Below are positions 52,004 to 62,223 of a stretch of 64,000 bases of DNA, piece by piece. Location of the stretch: contig CALKLF010000080.1 of assembly GCA_937992175.1 (NCBI GenBank), positions 2,936 through 66,935 on the forward strand. The letters run 5' to 3'. Under the pieces are notes generated by a model. It was not told the DNA's origin. It ran no database searches and worked only from the letters and a program-made list of their open reading frames with translations. Position 1 is the stretch's first letter; each line of letters starts with the position of its first letter. The position numbers were made by a program, and so were the translations under genes. The stretch comes from an uncultured Fimbriimonadales bacterium (GTDB lineage: Bacteria > Armatimonadota > Fimbriimonadia > Fimbriimonadales > GBS-DC).

Positions 52004-52417
52004 TCAGACCGTGTGGTTGTCAATCCGAATCCGCACGCGGTTGCCGTCCAGCAGCTCGACCACCGTGCCGACGAGGATGTTGTTTGTGCTGATCTTGGCG
52101 ACCTCGTTGTCGCTGGCGGCGCGCACGGTTGCGCCGATGTCCGCTTGCGTGTAGCTCCCGACGCGGTTGTAGACGAAGCTGCCGCGCTTGATTACGCGAC
52201 ACCGTTTATCGCCGTTGCCGCCGCCCGTGTTATCCACGCTTTCGAACGCCACGCCGACGAAGCGCAGCCCTGAGGCATCGGCGGCGGGAATCAGATGACC
52301 CGTGCTGTCCACGCACACCAGGGCGCCTTTCCAGATTTTCGCGTTCGCCTTCACGGGATAGGCGATAATCAGCCCTTCGCGTTCGTGGGCTTCGTAGGGT
52401 TGCGTCAGTGCAGGCAT
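52004..52417 (-). CDS. Head decoration protein (DUF2190-like, Mu-like head operon)
   Basis: PVKANAKIWKGALV..GVAFESVDNTGG..DIG..SDNEV; position between protease and capsid. Confidence 0.75.
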   Translation of the reverse strand: MPALTQPYEAHEREGLIIAYPVKANAKIWKGALVCVDSTGHLIPAADASGLRFVGVAFESVDNTGGGNGDKRCRVIKRGSFVYNRVGSYTQADIGATVRAASDNEVAKISTNNILVGTVVELLDGNRVRIRIDNHTV

Positions 52418-52419
52418 CG

Positions 52420-53172
52420 TTATCGCGCCTCCTTCTGCAAAATTTCAGCGGGGTTCAGGTCGGGGAACGCCTGGTGCAGGAACTCTAAAGCGTCCGCGCT
52501 GAAACCCAGCGTCTCGGTTTCGGGCGTTGGGGCAAGCTCGCCCAGCAGAGGTTGTGGAGGCAGGCTGTTCACAAACTGGCGGAACAGCTCGGCGACCGAA
52601 GTAGTCGTGCCGCTGAACTGCACGGGCGCGTCGCCCTGCATCAGGATGGCTTCGGCAAGCGGCGCGAGCGCAGGGGGTAGCTGCCCGCGCAGGCTCCACT
52701 GCTGAATCTGCTCACGCGCCTCGCGTCGGCGCAACTCGGCTTCCAGCTCGCGTATGCGGGACTCCAGAATCTCAACACTCTCCACTCGAATCACCTCCAT
52801 ATGGTGGGGCGCAGTGTGGAACAGTTGCGCGCTGGGGACGCGGGGGCTTGCGGTGATGGAGACTTCCAGCAGGCGACGCAGGTCGCGGCTCAGCCCGACG
52901 CTCAGCCCGCGCAGGCGCAAACGGCGCAGCAGCGCGTCCGCCTCAGGGAACAGTGCGAGCCTGCCATAGAGCGCGTCGCCCCGCCGCCACAGGCGCACCA
53001 GCCATCCCAGCAGCAACGGCGACGGACGATGCTCCACCAGAATCGGCGCGGGCGCGCGGAACGAGCTAACCAGCCCCTCCAAATGCGCCGCCGTAATCGC
53101 TACTCCCTTGTCGGGATAGATCCCCGCCTCGATGAGTTTCGCGTCGCGGTAACTCCACTCTGCGCTCAGCAT
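52420..53172 (-). CDS. Mu gpI-like prohead protease with C-terminal scaffold
   Basis: PILVEH..LGWLVRL..GDALYG..GLSVG..EVSITASP protease pattern, then coiled coil; first gene of the head operon. Confidence 0.75.
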   Translation of the reverse strand: MLSAEWSYRDAKLIEAGIYPDKGVAITAAHLEGLVSSFRAPAPILVEHRPSPLLLGWLVRLWRRGDALYGRLALFPEADALLRRLRLRGLSVGLSRDLRRLLEVSITASPRVPSAQLFHTAPHHMEVIRVESVEILESRIRELEAELRRREAREQIQQWSLRGQLPPALAPLAEAILMQGDAPVQFSGTTTSVAELFRQFVNSLPPQPLLGELAPTPETETLGFSADALEFLHQAFPDLNPAEILQKEAR

Positions 53173-53226
53173 TCCATGCGCATGCGGATAGAAGCAATCA
53201 GTTCGGGCAACCGTTCTAGATATCGG

Positions 53227-54966
53227 CTATCGCACGATCTCCTGCACCAGCTGCTCGTCTACAAAGATGCGTATCTTCACCGAACCGCCCTGTGCTTCCA
53301 CAGGGACTGTGTAAATTTGCCCGCCCGGGCGCAGCTCGTCCAGCACGACGCGTTTACCGAGAGCGTCTTCCACCTCGATGCGAATCCGTCGGTCGGGCTG
53401 GTCAGTCAGGTCGATTTTCACCTCGAAAGTGCGTTTGGGGGCGTCGGAATGGGCGGGCTGCGGTTCGGGTTCAGGCGTTGTGGGGGGCAGGGCGTCGTAG
53501 CCAGAGCCGATGCTCACGATAAGCTTAATCGGACGCGAGCGGTCGATGCGCGCTCCTGCAGGCGGAACCGTGCCAATCACATGCCCTAAAGGGACAGTCG
53601 CGTGCTTGCGCTCTTCCACGCTGTCCATCACGGCAAGCCCCATGCCTTCCAGTTCGCGGCGGGCGCGCGATTCGGGCATGTTGTTCACATTCGGCACTTC
53701 CACAAAGCGCGAGCCTTTGCTCACCCACAGGAACACCTTGCTGCCTTTGCGCACCACACGCCCTTCTGGGGGGCTAACCGAGTAGACCACGCCGGGCGGG
53801 TACTGCTCGCTGTAGCCCTCCATGCGCACTTCGGGTTCCAAATCCGCCGCGCGCAGGATGCGGTTCGCTTCGTCCAGCTTTTTGCCCACTACCTGCGGCA
53901 CAGGGCGGTCTTCAGGAGCGAAGCGCATCGCCATCCACGCCGCGACGCCAATCACCAGGCCCAGCGCGACCAGCGCGCCCGTGAGCCGAATCATCGTGCG
54001 CAGCCATTTCGGGATGTCGTCCTCTTCTTCCTCGACAGGCGGGGGCGGCGGGGCGGGTTTGCGGGCGAAGATGTCGCCTGAGGCGGGTTTCGCGCCTGCA
54101 GAGTCGGGCAGGTCAATCGGTGACCAGCCGAGCGACTTGCCGAACCGCAGCGCGTCGCGCACCGCTTTCAAATCGTTCAGCAATTGCAGGGTAGTGGCGT
54201 AGCGTTGGGCGGGGTCTTTCTGCAGGCACTTGGTCACGATGCCTTCCACCGTGCGAGGCGCGGCGGGGTTGCGTTGGCGCAGCGACGGAATCGGGTCGTT
54301 CAGGTGCGCCTCGGCGGTCAGCACGGGCGTCTCCCCCGCGAAAGGCGCGGCGGCGGTAATCATCTCAAACAGCATCACGCCGCAGGCATAGATGTCGCTG
54401 GCGACGCTGGGGGCGGCGCCGCGAAACAGTTCGGGCGCAGTGTAGGCGGCGGCGCGGGCTTCGTGCGCGGCGGCGAGTCCCGGCTCGGCGCGGTACACGC
54501 CTCGCATCCCCATCCCGGTCAGCCACACATGCCACTCCGAGCCGACCAGCACATTCGCCGGTCGCAGATCCCCATGCGTCAGCCCTGCGCTGTGAATCGC
54601 CTGCAGCCCCTCCACAATCCCAATCATAATCTCAATCGCAATCGGCACAGTGAAGGGCGCGGTGCGGCGGATGCGCGTCTGCAAATCCAGCCCACGCACG
54701 AACTCCTCCACGAAAAACGGGGGCTGAGCGGCTAAGTCCGACTCGTACAGTTCCAGCAGGTGCGGGCTGCGCACGCGCTGGCGCGAGTCGAGCACCATCT
54801 GCAAGGTGTCCAGCAGCGACTGATTGTTCGCGTAGGGGGCGCGCACGGCTTTCAGCGTCACCACGCGCGAGCGGGTCAAATCGCGGGCGCGATACACATG
54901 AAACAGCAGCCCCTCCGAAAGCTGCTCCAGCAGTTCGTAACGCGCCGCCAGCACATTCCCTGTCAT
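53227..54966 (-). CDS. PknB-like Ser/Thr kinase-fold protein with TM helix and PASTA domains (degenerate active site)
   Basis: RYELLEQL, HGDLRPAN, APE, SDIYACG; TM; VPQVVG and VPNVNN PASTA repeats. Confidence 0.9.
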   Translation of the reverse strand: MTGNVLAARYELLEQLSEGLLFHVYRARDLTRSRVVTLKAVRAPYANNQSLLDTLQMVLDSRQRVRSPHLLELYESDLAAQPPFFVEEFVRGLDLQTRIRRTAPFTVPIAIEIMIGIVEGLQAIHSAGLTHGDLRPANVLVGSEWHVWLTGMGMRGVYRAEPGLAAAHEARAAAYTAPELFRGAAPSVASDIYACGVMLFEMITAAAPFAGETPVLTAEAHLNDPIPSLRQRNPAAPRTVEGIVTKCLQKDPAQRYATTLQLLNDLKAVRDALRFGKSLGWSPIDLPDSAGAKPASGDIFARKPAPPPPPVEEEEDDIPKWLRTMIRLTGALVALGLVIGVAAWMAMRFAPEDRPVPQVVGKKLDEANRILRAADLEPEVRMEGYSEQYPPGVVYSVSPPEGRVVRKGSKVFLWVSKGSRFVEVPNVNNMPESRARRELEGMGLAVMDSVEERKHATVPLGHVIGTVPPAGARIDRSRPIKLIVSIGSGYDALPPTTPEPEPQPAHSDAPKRTFEVKIDLTDQPDRRIRIEVEDALGKRVVLDELRPGGQIYTVPVEAQGGSVKIRIFVDEQLVQEIVR

Positions 54967-55112
54967 GGCAGTGTGATTATAAAGATACCTGATAGCAACC
55001 TGCAACAGAGCGCGATAGAGACGAGTCTTATACAATGGTCTCACGGAATGGCACATAAAGTGCTGTGCTGAGACTCGTCGCCCGCGCGGGAAGTCGGGCA
55101 AAAGATACGCTC

Positions 55113-55610
55113 ATGAATATACTAACGGGGTACCAGACCTAGGCGCGCCGAGGGCTGCGCCGTTGCGCTGCAGTATCGTTTTTTGCGCTGGGCGTGCTGC
55201 TTGGCGCACTGACCAGTCTCCATGCGCAGACGCTCACATGGCTGGGTACGCTGGGGGGCAACCGCAGCATCGCTTACGATGTGTCGGATAACGGCGATGT
55301 CGTTGTCGGCGAAGCGTTCACGATGTATGAAGGTCCACGCGCCTTCCGCTGGACTCCGAACACAGGCATGCAACAACTGCCCAGCCCGACAGGCAATCCT
55401 CAGTACGGACCGCATCGCGCACTCGATGTGTCCGCCGATGGCACGGTCGTCGTCGGGCAGGCGTTCTTCCGCGCATGCCGATGGGAAAACGATTCGGTCA
55501 CAGTCATGACGCCCATCATGCCCTTCCACCTCAACGCCGCAAACAATGACAACATCGTGGACGACGCCGACCTCCTGATTGTGCTGTTCAACTTCGGCAG
55601 CGGCTGTTGA
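55113..55610 (+). pseudogene. HAF-repeat extracellular protein remnant with dockerin-like tail
   Basis: ATG 55113 with in-frame TAG at 55140; LTWLGTLGG, AFRWT..GMQ, SADGTVVVG; only about 2 repeats joined to DDADLLIVLFNFGSGC. Confidence 0.7.
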
Positions 55611-55709
55611 CCCAAGACGAGGTCTCCCCTGAGGGCGCACCCGCCCTCAGGGAACCCCTTTTAAGTCTGCTCGCAGGAACTCGCCCGCAGTGAACGAAAT
55701 TACCCCTGC

Positions 55710-57773
55710 ATGCGCATTCGCCCTGTGTTGTGCTGCGTGTGGTTGTCGGCGACGGCGTTCGGACAGATCCAGACCGACGCATGGTTCAAGGAAACGCTGG
55801 CGCAGGCGAACCTTGCTCCTCAGGAAGTGCGGTTTGACCCCCGCCTGTTCGACTATTTTTTCCGCACGCAGCACGCCACGCCGCTGTTTGAGATGCTCCT
55901 GCGCGACCCGCTGCGCCTGCCCTACTACGCCGAACGGTTGCGCAACAGCCTGGTGGGGGCGGTCGGGCGTCCCGTGACGGCAATCGAATCGGGCGCGAGC
56001 GCGATTGGCGTCTCGGTGCGACGCACGCTCATCGGCGACCCCTTGCAGTCGCTACGGGAGCAGGCGAACGCCCCTGACGCGCTGGAGAAGGCGGTGCTGG
56101 AACTCTACAAAGCGGCGAACGCGCCAGTGCCGCCCGCCGTGCGTCAGCAGCTCGAGCAGGCGAAGCAGTCATTGCCCGACCTCGTGCAGCATCAGGCGGC
56201 GTTTCTCATCTACACGGCTATCGAGGCGCGGCGCTGGCGCGACGCTGCCCTGCGCGACCTGACGCCCGACGAGCAGAACGCCCTGTTCAAACTACTCAAC
56301 ATGCCCATCAAAGAGTTCGAAGCGACGCTGGGCAGCTCGGAGCCGAACGAGGAGCTGCGCTTACTGGAGCGCGCGCTGGAGAAAATCGACCTGCCGCGCC
56401 TGCTATCGGGTGGACACGACTGCGCCCTCGCCATGCAGCAGGTGATTGAAGCCTTCCAGAAAGCCGACGCGCCCGTCAAGGAAGCCCTGAGCAAGTCGTT
56501 TGAGTTGAATATCGATACGCCGTGGGGACGCGTTCGGCTCTGCGGCGGTGGGAACGATACCCACCCGCGCCTGCCCTACCTCCTGCTCATCGACGCGGGC
56601 GGCGACGACACTTACTACGGCGGTGGGGCGACCCTCACGCTGGAGAACGCCGTGTCGTTCCTGATTGACCTCGCTGGCAACGACCGCTACGGCGACGACG
56701 CCGAGACGCTCCAGAAACCCCTCGTTGAGCGGGAGAAGCGCGAGGGCAAAGGCGCGATGGCGTTCGGCGGCGCGACGCTGGGCTACGCCATTCTCGCCGA
56801 CCTCGGGGGGGACGACCTCTACCGCACGCAATCGGCGGGGCTGGGCGCAGCGCGCTTTGGCGTCGGGATGCTCCTCGACCTGCAGGGGAACGACATTTAT
56901 GACGCCTACGCCTTCGCGCAGGGCGCGGCGCTCGCAGGCGTGGGCGCGCTCATCGAGCGGGAAGGGCGCGACCAGTACGCATGTTTCTATGAGTCGCAGG
57001 GCTTTGGCGCAGTGAAGGGCTTCGGCACGCTGCTTGACGCGCTCGGCGACGATGCCTACGCGGCGCACCCCACGCCGATTGAGTTCCCCTCGCCGCAGAC
57101 CGCCGAGCGGAATGTGAGCATGGCGCAGGGCGCGGGCTACGGGAGACGCGCCGATTACCTTGATGGACGCTCGTGGGCAGGGGGCGTCGGCGTCTTAATC
57201 GATGTGCAGGGCAACGACCGCTACGCCTGCGGCGTGTTCGGGCAGGGCGTTGGCTATTGGGGCGGCGTCGGGATGCTCATCGACCTGCAAGGCGACGACA
57301 CGCGCGAGGGCGTCTGGTATGTGCAGGGCGCAGGCGCGCACTTCGCGATTGGCTACCTCGAGGATCGCCTCGGCAACGACCGCTATCTCGCCTCGATGAA
57401 CATGGCGATGGGCGCAGGGCACGACTTCTCCATCGGCTATCTGATCGATTTTGACGGCAACGACGAATACAACGCGCCCAGCCTCGCGCTCGGCGGCGCG
57501 AACGCCAACGGAATCGGGATCTTCGTCGACCTCGCAGGCGACGACCTCTATCAGGCGCGGCGCAACGAGGCGAACTTCGGCAGAGCGAACCCCATCGGCA
57601 GAGGGACGCTCCGCGAGCGCGGCTTCGCCCTCGGACTGTTCTTAGACGCGGGCGGCAACGACTCCTACCCCCCGAATGTGGAGTTCGCAGGCAACGAACG
57701 CAACTGGATAATCTGGGCAATCCAGAACGAACGCCCCACCGAAAGCCAGCTGGGGCTGGGGATGGATAAGTGA
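55710..57773 (+). CDS. Secreted protein with about 12 DxxGxDxY repeats
   Basis: Signal peptide; DAGGDDTY, DLAGNDRY, DLQGNDIY and similar motifs separated by GxGxxGxG strands. Confidence 0.8.
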   Translation: MRIRPVLCCVWLSATAFGQIQTDAWFKETLAQANLAPQEVRFDPRLFDYFFRTQHATPLFEMLLRDPLRLPYYAERLRNSLVGAVGRPVTAIESGASAIGVSVRRTLIGDPLQSLREQANAPDALEKAVLELYKAANAPVPPAVRQQLEQAKQSLPDLVQHQAAFLIYTAIEARRWRDAALRDLTPDEQNALFKLLNMPIKEFEATLGSSEPNEELRLLERALEKIDLPRLLSGGHDCALAMQQVIEAFQKADAPVKEALSKSFELNIDTPWGRVRLCGGGNDTHPRLPYLLLIDAGGDDTYYGGGATLTLENAVSFLIDLAGNDRYGDDAETLQKPLVEREKREGKGAMAFGGATLGYAILADLGGDDLYRTQSAGLGAARFGVGMLLDLQGNDIYDAYAFAQGAALAGVGALIEREGRDQYACFYESQGFGAVKGFGTLLDALGDDAYAAHPTPIEFPSPQTAERNVSMAQGAGYGRRADYLDGRSWAGGVGVLIDVQGNDRYACGVFGQGVGYWGGVGMLIDLQGDDTREGVWYVQGAGAHFAIGYLEDRLGNDRYLASMNMAMGAGHDFSIGYLIDFDGNDEYNAPSLALGGANANGIGIFVDLAGDDLYQARRNEANFGRANPIGRGTLRERGFALGLFLDAGGNDSYPPNVEFAGNERNWIIWAIQNERPTESQLGLGMDK

Positions 57774-57847
57774 CTCCAGATCGCCAAAGATACGTCGCAC
57801 CCAAGCCGATGATCTTCTGAGTTGTGGAATAATTCGTCAGGAGCAGC

Positions 57848-59311
57848 GTGATGCAGGGCTGGACGCAGGCGATTTTGTGGCTAAGCGTGGGGCTATACGG
57901 CTACCTGATTGTTCACCATGCACTGCAAGCGTATCTCTCGAAAGAGCGGGCGCGCAATCTGTGGCTGATTGCGTTCCTCGCCTGCTGTCTGATTTTCAGC
58001 TTTGTCGATGTGCGGATGTATCAGCCTGCGCCCCAGCCGCCGCCAAACGCCTACGCCTACGCGGTGGGTCAGTTCGTGGCGTCTGCGTTCTGCGCCACGC
58101 TGTTCGTCCAGATTCTGAACGACCTGCTCAATTTGGGATTATACCGCTGGACTCGCGCATTATGGCTTATTACCGCTCCGTTGCCCCTGTTTGCGCTGCT
58201 GGGCTGGATTGTCGCGCCTACCTTCGAGCCGCGCCCGATTGCTCTGGGCGGCTATTACATTCAAGCCGACAGCACGCCCCTCGGAGTCGTCTACTCCGTA
58301 GTATATTTGCTCACTTTTCTTGGGGTGTTTGGAGTCGCCTTTCGTCAGTGGCGGCAGCGTAGTCTCCAGGATAAAGCCCTGCTCAGCGCATTGAGTTTGA
58401 TGGTTCCGCTGGTAACAGCGGACATGCTCGTCTACTACGGCATAGTCGCTTTCTTGCCCACCTGGAACTACAACTACTGGGTCGTGTCGCTTGCGTTCTC
58501 GCTGCGACTGAACGCGCAGATTTATCAGCTTACCAGCGATCTGGCGCAGGCGAACCGTGAGCTGCAGGACGCCTATCGGCAAATGGTGGAGCAGGAGCGG
58601 CTCAGTACCATCGGGCAGGTGGTGCGCGGAATCGTGCATGACCTGAAAAACTTCTTCAACAATGTGCAGTCGCTCTCGGATGTGGGGATGGTGCGGGCGA
58701 GCAAGGATCCGCAGTTCGACTCCACACGCTACTTCGAGAACATTCGCAACGTGACGCAGCAGGCGCACCAATATCTGATGGACCTGCTGGCAATGACGCG
58801 CGAAGAGGGCGAGGTGGAGCTGACGGAGGTCGCCCCCGCGCAGATTGCTCGCGAAGTGGAACGGCTTTCTGGCGCGCGCTTGCTGAACCCGCCCGTGCAA
58901 ATCGTGAACCTGATCCCGCTGAATCTGCGTATGCAGGCGGATCGTCGCTACCTGATGCAGCTCTTCTTGAACCTGACCTTGAACGCGATTCAGGCGATGC
59001 ACGACTGGGACGGCGAGCGCCGCATCGAATACGCATGGATAGAACACCCCGAAAAGACCATCCTGGTCATCCGAGACACCGGCCCTGGCATGCCACCCGA
59101 GGTGCGCGATCATCTGTTCGAGCGCGCCATCACCACCAAACAAGGCGGCAGCGGCATCGGACTGATGCTGGTGCAACGCGCCGTCGAGAAACATCAGGGC
59201 GTAATCCAGATTCAGTCAGAAGTGGGCAAAGGCGCGGCGTTTGTCTGCGTGTTCCCGGCGCCGCCCGTACTGGAGCAGATGCAAGGCGAGACTTTGGTCA
59301 GCGCAGCCTAA
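57848..59311 (+). CDS. Membrane sensor histidine kinase
   Basis: About 7 TM helices, H-box IVHDLKN, N-box NLTLNAIQA, DTGPG, GSGIGL. Confidence 0.93.
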   Translation: MMQGWTQAILWLSVGLYGYLIVHHALQAYLSKERARNLWLIAFLACCLIFSFVDVRMYQPAPQPPPNAYAYAVGQFVASAFCATLFVQILNDLLNLGLYRWTRALWLITAPLPLFALLGWIVAPTFEPRPIALGGYYIQADSTPLGVVYSVVYLLTFLGVFGVAFRQWRQRSLQDKALLSALSLMVPLVTADMLVYYGIVAFLPTWNYNYWVVSLAFSLRLNAQIYQLTSDLAQANRELQDAYRQMVEQERLSTIGQVVRGIVHDLKNFFNNVQSLSDVGMVRASKDPQFDSTRYFENIRNVTQQAHQYLMDLLAMTREEGEVELTEVAPAQIAREVERLSGARLLNPPVQIVNLIPLNLRMQADRRYLMQLFLNLTLNAIQAMHDWDGERRIEYAWIEHPEKTILVIRDTGPGMPPEVRDHLFERAITTKQGGSGIGLMLVQRAVEKHQGVIQIQSEVGKGAAFVCVFPAPPVLEQMQGETLVSAA

Positions 59312-59454
59312 TCGCCGTAGGCACTCCCTGAAACCCCGACGAAAATTATACCACTTAAGTTCCAGGTGTTGCAACTCGTTGGCGTCCCGCCGACGAGTTC
59401 ACAGCATCTGCTCCGCCAGTTGGTAGCTGCTTCCAGTGAAAAATGATACCGAAT

Positions 59455-59515
59455 GAGATTCCTCGCTTCGCTCGGAATGACAACGGTTGTCATTCCGAGC
59501 GAAGCGAGGAATCTC
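59455..59515. repeat. Perfect 61-bp family A palindrome
   Basis: 30-bp arms around a single central G; lies between convergent genes. Confidence 0.9.
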
Positions 59516-59565
59516 AGCGTTTCCCCCTGCATTTCCGCAGCATTTTTCGTGGGAAGGATCCATTA

Positions 59566-60714
59566 TTACCGCGCCGGCGACCACTTCGGCGTGATGTGAT
59601 CGCCCGACTGCGTGCGCGCTTTTAGCTCCGCGCCGTCAATGCGCACGGTGTAAATCTGGCGGTTGCCTGGCTTGCCCATCGCGAACACCAGCTGCTGTCC
59701 GTCGGGCGACCAGTCTGGGTGGTACACCTCGCCTTCCACGATTATGGTCGGCACGCCGCCCGTTTCAGGCACGCTTGCCAGCCCGATTCGTTTGAGGCTC
59801 CCGTCCTTGAGCCGCTCGCACAGCACGAACGCCACGCGCGAGCCGTCAGGCGACCATACCACTTCAATCGCCGCCTGTGAATTGTCGCGTGAGAGCCACA
59901 GCGGGAGCGGCTGAATCTCCCTCGTGTCCTGCCCGAAATCGAAGCGGATGACGCCGCCAATCCGTAGTTCACCTTCCGAGGTCGGCAACAGCAAACCTAC
60001 GCCGCTCACCACGAGGCTCTGCCCCTGCGGCGCCCAGTCGAGGTCGACCTGCTCGCCCCCGATTACGACTGGCAAAGTGAACTGCTGCTGCGCGAGCGTT
60101 AAATCCTGCAGCACGACCTGCTCGCCGTCGTCGATGCGCTGTACCGCCGCGATGAGGTCGGGATTCGGACGCTTCGCGTAGCGGAAAGCAATCTGCCCGT
60201 ACTGCTCGCGCACCTGAATCATTTGTGAGGCGGACGGGATGAGCTGCAGGGAGTGGACGCCCTTCACATCGACTTCCGTCACCAGCCCCTGCGCTACATG
60301 CAAAATATTTTGTCCATCGCGGTCGTAATAGGGCGCGAGTTTCGCCCCGCCGCCGATAGTGAGCTGGCTCAGCCCCTTGCCGTCGGGGTCGATCGTCCAG
60401 AGCTGATACACCATATCGCGCCGATTGGACGAGAACACAAGTTTCTTGCCGTCGGGCGCCCAGTCGGGGCTGCGGTTGTCGAAGTCGTCCTCCGTGAGAG
60501 GCAGCGTTTTTCCGTCGGGCAGGAGCATCAGCAGATCGCCGTGCGCGTCGTCATTCAGGCGCACGCAGACAATCCAGTTCGGCGTGTTCGGCTTAATCGG
60601 GCGCAGGTCAATCCGCCCCCAGGGCTGCGAACGAATCAGCGCGAGCGCAGCAACCATAATTACCACGCATAGCACGCCTATCAGCAGGCGTTCACGGCGT
60701 TTAATGCGGTTCAT
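59566..60714 (-). CDS. TolB-like (PD40 repeat) beta-propeller protein
   Basis: SPDWAPDGKKLVFSS, WSPDGSRVAF, PDWSPDGQQLVF. Confidence 0.85.
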   Translation of the reverse strand: MNRIKRRERLLIGVLCVVIMVAALALIRSQPWGRIDLRPIKPNTPNWIVCVRLNDDAHGDLLMLLPDGKTLPLTEDDFDNRSPDWAPDGKKLVFSSNRRDMVYQLWTIDPDGKGLSQLTIGGGAKLAPYYDRDGQNILHVAQGLVTEVDVKGVHSLQLIPSASQMIQVREQYGQIAFRYAKRPNPDLIAAVQRIDDGEQVVLQDLTLAQQQFTLPVVIGGEQVDLDWAPQGQSLVVSGVGLLLPTSEGELRIGGVIRFDFGQDTREIQPLPLWLSRDNSQAAIEVVWSPDGSRVAFVLCERLKDGSLKRIGLASVPETGGVPTIIVEGEVYHPDWSPDGQQLVFAMGKPGNRQIYTVRIDGAELKARTQSGDHITPKWSPAR

Positions 60715-61330
60715 AATTCGGTCTTTGAGGCAGTGGGGGCGTGCAGAATCAGCCATGCGACGACGGCGGACGGCGCGTCCACATTCGTCGCGATTCGCTC
60801 GATAATCCGATTCAGCTGCCGTTCGTCGGCTTCCGTCTCGACGGGGATCCGCTGCAGAGCGTCGCGCACGAAGTCAATCATCTCGTTCAGGTAGCGGGCG
60901 CGGTTGGAGGCGAGGCTGCGTCCGGGTGTCTCGGCGAATTTGCGCCCGACCTGTTCGTATACGGCCTCCCAGTTCGTGTAGGTGCGCGTCTCGGTCTCGC
61001 GTTTGCGCACGCTCTGCTCGCTTAGGCGGCGCAGCTCCTCCTGCTTGCGCTGGTGCAGTTGCCAGTCGTGGAGGGTCGCGCCCTCAATGATCACAACCTG
61101 CGGGCGGATGGCGTATGCCTCTTCGATGAACTGTTCAATCCACTTGCGCACGGTTGGGGCGTTCAGGTGTCCCGCGAGCTGATACTCCTCGTGGGGCAGC
61201 CCCAGCACGACGGTGTCGCCCTCGATAGTCACCAGTTGCAGCGCATCGAGGGCGCGATAGAGCGTGCGCCCCGTCACCTGCTGTTTGACGCGCTCGCGGA
61301 TCAGGCTCCACGCCTGCTGCATCTCCTGAT

Positions 61331-61334
<4 letters not shown>
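60711..61334 (-). CDS. Hypothetical protein (N-terminus weakly DnaA_N-like)
   Basis: ATGA overlaps on both sides in the coaX operon; host-like codons. Confidence 0.7.
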
Positions 61335-62101
<767 letters not shown>

Positions 62102-62137
62102 GGAGAGAAGTATACCATGTCGCCTGACAGGGACGGA

Positions 62138-62195
62138 ATTTTGCACCTGCAAAAAAGATTTTGCAGGCGCAAAAGAGGATTTTGCTGGCTCAAAA
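62138..62195. promoter_or_regulatory. Three tandem palindromic sites ATTTTGC-N4-GCAAAA upstream of coaX
   Basis: Units at 62138, 62158 and 62179. Confidence 0.5.
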
Positions 62196-62223
62196 ATCTG
62201 TCCTGCAGTTGCCGTTTAAGACT

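Noticed and set aside
48328..53172. Calling the region an intact prophage
   Set aside because: No integrase or transposase, att sites, portal, tail, replication or lysis genes; host genes are interleaved
62138..62195. CRISPR-like repeats
   Set aside because: 17-bp units with 3-4 bp gaps are far too short
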